A stretch of DNA of 64,000 bases from Tubulanus polymorphus (lineage: Eukaryota; Animalia; Nemertea). This document shows positions 1 through 11,900 of this stretch, piece after piece. The DNA is taken from positions 28,182,150 through 28,246,149 of the forward strand of contig NC_134026.1 of assembly GCF_964204645.1 (NCBI RefSeq), written 5' to 3'. The notes below the pieces were generated by a model. The model was not told the origin of the DNA. It was given only the letters and a program-made list of their open reading frames with translations, and did not search any database. Position numbers and translations under genes: made by a program. The first letter of the stretch is position 1; the number at the start of each line of letters is the position of its first letter.

Positions 1-14
1 TTCATCTTTTCTAG

Positions 15-3000
15 GTACGTGTTCACTATTCTCAGTTACCTTCTCGGTGTTTTCTGCTTCGCAACTATAGTCGGTAAGTGGAATCATGTCCCGGAGGAAT
101 ATTGCATCGGGAAGCGATTTCGGGACGATATTGTGGGAAACTTTTTATTCATCTATATCTAATATGTCACGACTCGGAACAGTCAGCGAAACAAAAAATG
201 TCACCGCGTAAAACATTATTCATTGATAGAATGTCGACAAGATTCGACGCGCTGTCGAAGTGTAGGCGTTCCAAGTGGTAGAATGCCTACACAGCGCTGG
301 CTTCTCTTATGTGAATAGATCTGTCAGTGACCGCGAAAAAAATTAATGAAATATATCAACAACTTCGACCCTCCAATCATCACAAATTCTGATATTTTCG
401 TTATTGTTTGTATTCTGTCTATGCATTCATAATTAGATTTACGTCAAATAATCGTTGAAACGTATAATCAAATTGAAATGTATTCACATTTTTGGGAAAT
501 ATGCAATTAGTTAAAGGAAGTACTAATTTGAACCGTACAGACCACTGGACTCGTAATGAAGTTTGATACATTTTTAAATACTTGATATCAATCAAAATAT
601 CCAGGTTTGTACGCTATCGAAGTTGATCTACACGTTAACCACTGTTGACGATGAACTCTTGTTGAATGCTGAATATAAAAATGATGACAATGTCGCATCC
701 GATTGCTTCGGAGAACGTTTAGAATTAATCCCTAGTCCTCTCAGGGGATTTCATTCCTTTTTTTAAATCTCGTGCTCATTAATAACGTATAGGGTTCCAG
801 CTACTGATACGCTCGCATAACTGATACAGCTTAATGGATAATGGAAATACTGTTTGCACTTTGCATAAAATGAATTTTGAAAAAGCTTGCATTTTGATTT
901 GTATTTGACTGATATTAAACAAACAGTCATGTTGTTCAAGTGAATGAATTAGTTTATTTATACTTCGTTCATTGTCCGGGTGTGTTTTTTTCGAGTTAAC
1001 GCATTGTTTTCTTAATTCATCAGGTCAGGTCGGCAATGTAATCACAAATAGGAACGCGAATCGACTGGAGTTCGAACGGTTACTGGTAGGTCTACGTAAT
1101 CCTTTTTAGATTGATCAAATCCTGTAAACGCTCTACACTGATAAAGATCTGTGTGGAAAGGAAGTAATTTTCAGCCAATTAACTTAACACGATCGACTGG
1201 CTTCCTACCTAACATTACTTTTGCGCTTTCTTTACCGACAGGAGGAGATCTCGTGAAGCTGTTATAGCACTACACAAATATATTCATGGTCTTTCTATTT
1301 CTTCAGGATGGTGCTAAAAACTATATGCGCACGCATAACGTCCCTCCTGATATGCAACGGCGAGTACAGAGATGGTATGACTATGCGTGGTCGCGGTACG
1401 TATTGGCGTCTTGGTTCCATTCTCACCATTTATAGCTTATGGCTAAAGCCATACGTTCGGGACATGAGAAATCCATTATAATAAAAAGTGTAAACAATCA
1501 TAATCCGCAATCTTCAAGTTGATATTTTAAGCTGGTCTAATACCCTACAACAAATTCCAGTCACGGTATCTAATCTTCAGTCGTGTTATCGTTTTTTTTC
1601 CTGATCGTTGATTATTTCAAGTGAAACTGTACGCGGATAGGTTTTTCAATCAGCCAATCCGGTCTACGTATATACATCGGGCTACGGGGAACAATTGTTT
1701 CTCGTGTAACACTTGTTTATCTGAAACCCCGCCGCGATGTATGGGCATTTAAAATGGCCACAAAATGATACGAGCAACCTGGTAAATGACGCCAGGGATC
1801 ATTAGAATAGCATTTATATTCTCGGACATGAGCTAATGATACGTACGATTTGTCAGGCTTTCGGGTAATGACACCACTCAGTAATGTCGGCTAAGCCAAC
1901 TGATTATAGACAAAGTTCTGGTATTTTAAGTCCATTCCGATATGGCGTCAGGATCACATGATAACTGCAAAAGCAATATTAACGTCGTATCCATTCTTCA
2001 TGTGATTCGATATGAAATTGAAGAATCGCAAGATGCTTGGATTTATCTTACATGCGGTTTGAAAATAACGGATCGTGTGATTATCTGATGCAATAGCGCA
2101 TCATGTATTCACCACGGATGTCATCAAGCAGATTTCTTCGTCAGATCCGAAGACAAAAAAAGAATAGCATCCAGTCAAGTCGAATCTCCTCCGATTAGTC
2201 AGGTTCAACTAGGGGATGTCCGTAATGCTAGTGGCTATGCTGGAGCTCCAATATCAGGAAATGAAGGATTTCATATATATTTCCTTCGACCAAAGGATCC
2301 CCTCGACCCGTTTCCACTGAGTCGATTGATTACGAATTCGACACGCATCTCTGTCCTGGATTCCCACATCACCTGACATCTGAACCAATGTAACACAGCC
2401 AACTAATTTGGATGTACGTATATTTTGCTATTGCAGGGGACGCGTTAATGGTGGCGGTGATATCAACTCGTTAGGACTGCTACCGGATAAACTTAAAACT
2501 GAGCTGGCCCTGCACGTCAATCTTGAGACTTTAAAAAAAGTAAGCACAGATACACGAAGCCACGAATGAAACTGACTGAAATGAATACGTCAAACGAGTA
2601 TTATCCGATGATATATTTATATGATTTAACCGCTCATGAGCCGTGTACGTACGTACGTCCTAGGATTATATTGAACCGGAAGTAAGCCCCGGAATGATTG
2701 TGATGATGACGTAATTACGGCGTTAAATCATGGATGAAATGTTGCGAGTATTCTGTAATTAATACAGGAAGAATCTGCCGCCGTAATTATGCTGTAGATT
2801 TCTCAGAGCGTTGGCGTAAAGTGTAGTTAATCTCACAATTACTACTTCATGTGTCATGTTCGGCAAAAATCATTTTTCCAAGCCGATGTATGGCAGTCAT
2901 GTTACGGATAATGACCCGGAAACGAACCAAAAATAGCCAATGATTCTCAAACGACAGTGATATAGAAATCCCTGATGTGGATGAATGACATATTACATGA

Positions 3001-6000
3001 AAATTCCAACCACTACTAAAGTAAAAGAGTATTGAATCATAATGCATCATGTTTGTGGGACAAAGACATCTCGAAAACTTATGATGAAATTCTATGTATA
3101 AAGTCATTCACGTCGGGGTTTGCAATAAATGCATTGTTTATATTTTGCCACCAAATATCAGACACGTAACATATGACAAAAAAACCCTTGAAGTGTCTCT
3201 TGGCGTTGGATCTCATGAGTCACTTCTAAGGCGTTTGTTTGACAAATAGCTAATGTATATCTATATGTGTAATACCCAAGGACTTTATTTTCTTGTCAAG
3301 TAAAAAATCACCATGGAGATTTCCTCCTACTGCAAACATGGACGGATGTTATTCTTCTTGATTCAGGTAACAATATTCCAAGAGTGTCAACCAGAATTTC
3401 TCCACGATCTTGTGTTGAAGATGAGAGCCTACATATTCACCCCTGGAGATCTTGTTTGCAGAAAAGGCGAAGTTGCAAGAGAAATGTTTATCATAGCCGA
3501 CGGAATTCTGGAGGTTATCAGGTGAACGTCTGTTGGGAATAAAACCCTGCTGGTTAATGATTATTCTATCAATTTCCCCGCAGACACGTAATAGCCTAGA
3601 TGGTGCTCGAAAAATTACTTGTCCAGGGCCAATACATGAATACATCCAGCCAATCCGTACCCATACCAATGCTCGATTTCCATATGTTCTCTCCCTTCTG
3701 TCTGCCTGTCAGGTAATATCCGAATTCTATTTGCATGATCAGTGGAATAATTCTATATCTGATTTTTATTTCTAGTGATACGGGAGAGGTACTTACCCAA
3801 ATGGGAGCCGGTGACTTCTTCGGGGAAATCGGAATTCTGAATCTAGACGGGGGCATAAATAGGTATATATTCATGTTTAATCCACAATACATCCTTCCCC
3901 AGTCGGATTGTCGCCCGAAGGTTTTTTAATAGACTGTTACATTCACTCGAATAAACATCATTCCTGAGAAATATGTGGAGTAAAATGAATGAAAACCAGT
4001 AGAAAATAATTGGAAAATCGTAAACCTTTTACTGAGGCACAATTTCAATGATGAGTTATATAACTGTAATCTACGATATATTTGACTGAAATAATCTTGT
4101 GTGTATCAGTTCGTCTGTGTGATCGTCAGCGAATGAAACCTGGAACTATTGTTGTCTCTTTCTCCATAGTTTAGCTGGTGGTACGGTGAACCGGAGGCCT
4201 CTAGGCCGGTGAGACTGCATGCCCACTTTCTGTAACGAGTCATCATCTCTCTTCTGTCACCTCTTTATGGGTTTCTCATTAGTGTATACTATACTAATTG
4301 CCTTAACAATAAACCCTATTACTATAGTCCTGAAATGATTCTAGGTGCTTGTCCATTATCGGTACATGTCGATTTAAAACCTTCTTTCGACTTACTTCTT
4401 GCAAAAAGTAAATTCCAATCACGTAGCTCCTGTTCTGTGTTCTGCAAAGGATCAAGTGTTTCTGCTTTTCCAGTATCTGTACTATGTGTATAATCTGCCA
4501 CCTTACGGTATCTCTTGTTCGTTAAACTGTCGCATCTTGATGCTAGATGCAGCCCGGTGTTGAATGTTGCATTTGCTCAAATGAGCAATGAAACGGTTTG
4601 ATTCGTAAAAAGAATATTAGATTAAAACGTTAAGAAAAATTAGTATATTCATAATTATTCCTTCTTATGAAATTTCGATGAACTCTACGTGAATGTCTAC
4701 ATTCAACATTTCTTTCAGACGAACAGCTGACGTTAGATCGGTTGGTTATTCTGAACTTTTCACGCTGTCGAGGGAAGATGTTTTGGCCGCACTTAAAGAT
4801 CACCCAGAAGCCGAGGTAAGTAACTAATCTTACCGGACGTCGTTAATTCAAAGCGAGAGTAATTTTAAAAGATAAGTTTTATGCAGTTTATCAGGAAAGA
4901 TGACACGTATATTGGTGATTGGAATATGCATGGTTACATTTGATTCAGTTCCTGCCCTGTCTTTTTGTTTGCGTCTCTACTGTCAGCATTTTCTTCATTT
5001 TCCTCATCTTGATTTCTCTATTTACTCACCGTCCCCGTAATCATATTATTGAATTTTTTTTCTAATGCATGGCTTGTGGGTATTTTCGTGGGATATTACG
5101 AGGGGTACGTATTAGCTGCAGGCCAGTAACAGTTTGCATGCAAAGCGCCCATTCTTGAACATCTGTTTATTTTAAGTCAATGCTTGTTAGCAGGATGAAA
5201 ATGTAATATCAGTATCGAGTGCTTTCGTTATTTTTGTGCCGCATGTTTAGTTAGGTATGTTTCCGTTGTAGGCAATATTAAAAGAATATGGCCAGAAGAG
5301 ATTGGAAGGGCTTCGTCAGAATGCGATAGAATATGCCCATATTCATCATATTGACGTTGTCAATGAAAAAAATAAACAAATCGGTCTCACTCAGAATGAA
5401 GCCGCTCCTTCTCCAATTACTGATCTATTAGGGGTCCCTCTTGTGTCCAGGTAGGTATGGTGCTTCAGCCAATAACCACCTTTCAAAAATATAAATGCTT
5501 TGCTTAATGGTTAGTTAGTATAGGTGAATTTTCTTCACTAATCAGTTTTCTTCCTGCTTCATTTTATGATTCCTTTTTTATTTGTTGTATCAACAATAGT
5601 TGATGATAAATTTTCACGGTGATTTGTTTTATACATATTGTCTTAGACCTTTTATATTTAGTTGATATAATTCAAAGGTTCAAAAAGCGGAAGACCTTTA
5701 GTTTACAATGCATACCAGAGAATTAATAACACTCTGCTTATTCCTAACGCTTCACGCTTTAATCTGTCACTTTCCTAGGCACATTTCTATTTTTCCTAAG
5801 CAGGTTTCAAATAGCAGCAAATTAACAACCGCAGGACAGTTGATACCTGGGAATTTTCTATTTAAAGTCTGTTGAATTGGTGAATTTTTCAGGCTCTTAT
5901 AAAGCAATATGGAAACAGACGATTGAAGGAGATGGCTGAACGAAAACGAACCAGAACGGCTTCAATTTTGTCCAATAGCGAACAACGGATATTGAAAGGT

Positions 6001-8460
6001 TTCCGAGTGGAGACCGATATGCCTCACAGGAGCAAGTCTGATAGCGGACCCTTGTACGATCTTGATAAAGACGAAACGGTTGACGAGCGACGACATTCAA
6101 ATTTCTCGCTCAATTTCTTCCGACGACTGTCAGCATCATTCTTCAGGGACACTCTATCAATCGGCGGCAGGGATAATGATAGCGAGAGTAGTGTAGAAAC
6201 TGTAGAAAAGCCTACGCCGTGGTACAAAATGGCCGAATTCGGACTCAGACCTGGTAGGAGGCCGAAACTGTTGAGGCGTAAAGTAAAAAACAAAGGGAAA
6301 GAATATCACGAAATAAAAGAACCGAAGCAGTCTGATAGCGACAAAAACCAAGTTTTAAAGGCTCCAGCGAATGTGCAGATTAATATTGAGCCTTGTAGTG
6401 ATGATGACTCTGTGGCGGACTCAATAATGACTCCAATAGGCTCTACTTTACAACTGGCAGCAGCAGACGAGGATTTACCAGAAATACAAATACAAAACCA
6501 TACAGGGTCAACTTCAACTATTCAAAAGTCATTGCCTCAGGTGGAAACTCCAGCTATTCAAAAGCCATTGCATCAGGTGGTACCCGATGCTACCAATACG
6601 TCGCCAGCGAATAACCTATGCAAAAGTACATCTACCGGTCGTCTGGGGGGTACAAGGTCACCGAGTCTTTTGACTGTTCCCAGTGAATGTGCTGTCAATG
6701 AAATCGAAGAATCAGAAGATGATGTTCCACTCGTTCCTGAACAACGTCGATCTTCCGATAGCGACGTCGTGTGTCAACCACGACAAGTTCCCGATACTAG
6801 CTCACTTACCAGGTTAATTGATTAATCATCCCTGACATTTAAAAATATCCATGACTTAAAATCACTTTTAATCTCATTAAAGATGATTGATTTATTATCA
6901 TGTGGGTGTGCGGTTGCTATTTCCGAGTGGCGCAATCTGACTTAACCGTTCGCACTGATTTTTCAAAAGCTTACAGCATTTCACATACTCTTAATTTAGA
7001 TAGTCCAAAATGCTTTTTTATATCAACTATATCTTCTTAGCTAAAATTCTCGGCTGTACTGAAATAATAAGGAATATGAATTGCTTCTGATCTGATTATC
7101 AACTAAAAATGACTTATGGCTTTTCCGCATTTCTTTGCAGCTTCCGTAGACTTAGTCAATGTAGCAATAATAGTGAATCACAGGGTATAGATATCAGACC
7201 GACGCCATCACCCGAATCTGATACCAGCCTAGCATCTGGAAGGAGCAGGTTTCTATATTGAAATAACATAGCACATTGTATTCGTAATGTAGAATAAGTA
7301 CAACTTGATTTGATGCTATCTATTATCATTGGAATTATGCCTCTCTACATTAGATTTTGATTGTTATCATTATTTTCAGGGAGGTTAACGCAAATATGGA
7401 CACAGTTTCGGATGTTTTAGAGTCCATGAAACAAGTTCTAATTCTGAAACTCGTAAGTAATTTCATATCGTCTGGTCATAGAAAGCAATCGTATTTTCGT
7501 CAATATTTGTGCTGCTGTAATTCACAGGGCTCAGGTAACGAAGCTCTTGTAAAACGGGTAAAGGATCTTGAAGACATCAACGACCAACAATCGACAAAAA
7601 TCAAACTTTTAGAAAGAGAAATTCAAACACTGAAAGTAAGTAGAAATACACATTTACATCTATTGATAGATAAGATGCTTCGTAGCCGCCTTATTTGATA
7701 AGACCTGTCGCTAGATATTTTAATTTGATTATATGCACTTTATTATAAAATAGTATTTAACTCTATGTTCAAGTATATATGTATATAGGACATACATAGC
7801 GATTAACAGCTAGGATAAGGATAGGTCTCTATAACAACTGCGATTTTTTATACTATAGAAAAAAGCTAAAACTGGCAAGACGGGGAAAAGGTGATTTTAG
7901 GTAATGTCAGTATTCAGTCATTTCTGCAACTATGCTTTATTGTTGATAAGTTTTCTTTACCTATATAGGTATCTCATATTCTATGTCTTTAAAATCAACA
8001 TAAGCAATGAAATAAAATTGCCCCCAACTTTATGTGAATTCACGTCGTTTTAAAAAAGCAAATATTCATTCTGTCTACCTATAAGGATCTGTCTTCTCTT
8101 CTTAACGTCGATTCCGGTGGATTGTGGCGTGGATTGTGTCGTGTTACCTTTACCCTGGTTATTAGTGTTCTCTGTTAGTCAGCCTCTCTCTCTCTCTCTC
8201 TACTGCTATTCTAAAATTGTGGATGGATACATTCCAATTGTACACTGCATGTTGGGCGTGTCCGTGTAAATGATTGTATCATCTAGACTATCAGTGTAAA
8301 TTTTTCAATCGTCATACACTTTCAGGGAGAGTTTGTGGATGATGAAGCGGTGTCTGTTTCACCTATAACACAACATCACGAGAAAAGCCCTTCAGTAGCA
8401 ACTACAAGCAACTGTGCAGACCCTGATGGCGTCGATGACGTCATGGACACTAAGCTATGA
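15..8460 (+). CDS. Cyclic nucleotide-gated cation channel, alpha-like subunit (invertebrate CNG-like type); 5'-partial, from S6 through C-linker and CNBD to the C-terminus
   Basis: Phase-consistent GT-AG exons: 15-73 (YVFTILSYLLGVFCFATIVG, S6); 1024-1085 (QVGNVITNRNANRLEFERLL); 1307-1395 (DGAKNYMRTHNVPPDMQRRVQRWYDYAWSR); 2437-2539 (LLPDKLKTELALHVNLETLKK); 3367-3521 (VTIFQECQPEFLHDLVLKMRAYIFTPGDLVCRKGEVAREMFII); 3776-3862 (GDFFGEIGILNL); 4719-4815 (RRTADVRSVGYSELFTLSREDVLAAL); then 5272-5450 or 5893-6812; 7141-7248; 7380-7452; 7528-7635 (coiled-coil); 8326-8460 ending DTKL-stop. The 5' exons lie outside the window. Confidence 0.95.
5272..5450 (+). CDS. CNG channel alternative exon A (short; CNBD C-helix plus ~45 aa)
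   Basis: ttccgttgtag acceptor and AG/gtaggt donor; 179 nt open in phase 0 to 2; begins AILKEYGQKRLEGL. Confidence 0.75.
5893..6812 (+). CDS. CNG channel alternative exon B (long; CNBD C-helix plus ~290 aa low-complexity tail)
   Basis: gaatttttcag acceptor and AG/gttaat donor; 920 nt open in phase 0 to 2; begins ALIKQYGNRRLKEM; corresponds to ORF 5923..6825. Confidence 0.85.
8184..8201. repeat. (CT)n microsatellite in the last CNG intron
   Basis: About 9 CT units. Confidence 0.8.
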
Positions 8461-8928
8461 AATATTAGAAACGCATTAATACATTTATCAGCCATTTATT
8501 GGAGTGAATTCTTAACTTACTACTCTGATAACCACCTGACGATGTAGATATTGGTGAATATCAGAGCAGATTCATTACTAATTCATTATCTTCATATTGA
8601 AATGTGCTATGACATAGTAACGACCGTAAGACTAAGTCTATTCACTTGATTCTACATATTAATGGGAATAATGTATATATTTTGAATTCTATCATGGGTT
8701 ATTAACAATCAATCGACTGTCAATGTGTATATCGTATAAATAGAATTGTGGTATGTTTTAGTGTATAGATTATATATAAGTTATAAAACTCTAATTCTCA
8801 TCTGCTCGTATTTCTGAACATCTAGCGTATTGTAAAAATGTATCGAAAGTATTATGAATTGTTTCAAGTCTTATTTAAACAAGTTTACTTAACTGTAAAA
8901 ATACTGCCAGATATTTCTATTCTTCCAT

Positions 8929-8934
8929 AATAAA
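8929..8934 (+). terminator. Candidate polyadenylation signal of the CNG gene
   Basis: AATAAA about 470 nt after the TGA, followed by T-rich sequence. Confidence 0.45.
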
Positions 8935-11900
8935 TTATGGTAATGCCAAACGGGCTTATTTTCTTTTTATTTAAAGAAGAATCAGGCTTTTCATAAACAT
9001 TTTGAGAACGGACCCGGTGGCCAGAATTTCTATTAAAAGAATTTCTTTGAAGAAAAGCATTTTTCGTAGATATTTCTGTCTTGACCTTTTATCTAATTAC
9101 TTGAAATGGGTTAGTCTTAGTTCATTTTTTTCTTATCATTTTAATTAAATTCAACACTCATTATTGTCTGTTTCCACAGTCCTTCCAAACCTTTGTGTGG
9201 ATAATACTCGAAAAATGAAAAATTCTCATTCTTTCTAAGTTCCCTTCAATTTTAAAACGTCTGTAATAGTAAAAATGGTCCCTTTTTTCGACTGCATATT
9301 GAAGAGACTGCGATGGACATTGGTATACTTTTTTATAGAGACTATCAAAAGTTTCCTCCGCAAAGCCATGATGCCGGATACAATTACGATAAACCATTTT
9401 CCACGGACTGGTTAGCTTCAACACATGACTGCATATCGCCTACCGTAATTTCACACTTGTCAGCGTGTGACGTCATGCGATAAGCGTTCAGCACACTGCA
9501 CGCTTACGGCGATGTCACTGCTTGAACGTGGAAGTTTGAATAAATCTATCTGTTTTAAATTTAATGTCGATGTCAGAATCACAACCCTCGTTTCTTCCTG
9601 CGTTTGGCGGAGCAATGACAAATTAGGTTTATTTCCGCCATGTCGGGAATCACTACTCGGGCTTCTCGAGTTGGCTGCAGAACTGGTAATAAAAACTCCG
9701 CAGTACGCGTTCATCACCAGATATCCCTCGAGGATTCTTTGATTTTTCTAAATACATTTTACACCCACATTCTCAAAGTCGCCGATGGTCACGTCGAGTA
9801 AACTATGAATTCAGGTAAGAGACGATGCGGTATGTGTAAGTAAATCTTAAAAAGTGATTGTCGGCGCGTGACTAATCAGCTCCATGAAATAAACCGGGAG
9901 TCATCTCATTAGTAGTATCATTCGTTTAATGTGGAAAATTTGTCTTCGGGACGCGTGCGAAGTGAAATTACCTCACTAATAGAGAGAGTTAAGGCATTCG
10001 CCATTCCTTTCATCAGTCGATTTTCAACAAAACAGCAGAATCACATATTGTATAAAAAGTGTGGTATAGTATTGGTCCTTTTGGATGAATTTCCGAGAAA
10101 AGCTTGCCTTGCCTTAGTACATGTAGTGGCGTTCATACCTAATTCACCGACAAAAATTAACTTTTTGTATTCGGGGCAAAATCAGCCGTGAGCGAAAGTG
10201 CGCTTCGCGCAAATTATCATTTTAACGTCGACGAAGATTCGTCGACTCTGCAAATCTTATCTATGAAGCTCGCTTTGCTGTCGTTTTCGCAATCTAGATG
10301 CCAATAACACTGTGTGCGCTTCAATTTGTCTCTGTCCTGGTCGGCAATTAACTGGCGTGTTACGACGGCCTTTTATACCGTCTTTGAAATAAGTCAATTT
10401 ATCTATTGCTAATAAACCAGCGTTTCGCTCATGATTGACTTGGCAATTTCTAGTCACTTAAAAAACTGATAGATTTCTGTAAATTATAGAATAAAACAGT
10501 TAAGACTACCGGCTCAGGTTAAAGTACATTGGAGACTAAGCCAGTAAGTTCTTGTTCCTGTTACTGCCTACAGAAATATTCATATTATTTTTCTCAGGTA
10601 GCTAAAAATTACGTAATGAAGATCTCTTTTACACCGCAGCTGATTGGTCAGATTCTATCACGTGTTTATATATCTCGATCTTGGAACTACTGTTTGGATA
10701 AGATACACCATACTATCAGCAGCCAGTGACTTCTGACAGTAAGGTATAAAGAAATTTAGCGGTTGATAGCGTATTCCCCATGGTAGCAGGCATACATTTT
10801 GGATTACTTATCATATAGTGGCTTATGTTTCCTGGGTAACCGTTCACCGATATTGCAAACCAATCAGACATTAGATTATAAGAGACATGTTTTGCGGAAT
10901 TATATTCGACACACCTCACTGACTCAGATAATAGGATATCAGTTCTTTGCTGAGCTGTACAGAAATTTTAACGACCGAGAAATTTCTTAGTCGAAATGAA
11001 TCCTCCATCGCCATTCCCATGAACTGAGATGTAATATACGCATCCATGTGTCCTTAAATTCGGGTAATATCCTCGTCATTTCTTTTCGAATGTATGCTGA
11101 TCCGTAAATAAATTTCATTGAATATCAATTTACGTCGAGTTTCAATAAACATCGATCGTGATTTCGTAGGAACATTCAGCATCCAATTACAAAATAATTA
11201 CCCTCAGCAATAGTTTCGCTGTGGAAATGCTATGACGATCGGATCGACTCGCAATCTCCGCGAAATATTCAGTTCATTTCGTAATAAAAACCGTGGTTAT
11301 GCGAATGCGAATTTATCGATAGACAATTCATTAGAGATATTGGTTTTGCGGAGAGTGGTCTGGTATAAAGTAAACAAACTACCATCGGAAAGACGATGTT
11401 TCTAAATGGAATTAGCGTGTGTACACTTAATTGCTCGCGTGGAATTTTTATTGCGGACGCTGCCCTGTTTTATCTCAGATTTTGTCCCGGTGAAATGTTC
11501 CAGGTCTGCGTCGTATACCAAATACAGCAGAAGTTTTTTAATTACTTCTCGAAGTAGACATCTGAGCACTACACAACTCATTGCGTGCATCAATTCTTAT
11601 CATACCAACTACATGCCATGGAGCATATCTCTATGCGATTTCCAGTTTCAGCAAAGTCCACATCTCCTGTCGCAAAAGTAACATTCTCACAGAAAATAAA
11701 TCAAGCAATTCATACAGCGTGATTGGTTCCATTATACACTAGTAAAAGGCACTATGATAAATCGTATTACAGGACCACGGCGAGCCTTACCGATTCTCAA
11801 ATAATAATAAACCTAGCTGATAACATTGCCAGAATGAGTAATGAAATGTCTGCCAACTTCAATAAATGTAAAATACACATCGAATGGCTAGGTGATCTAT

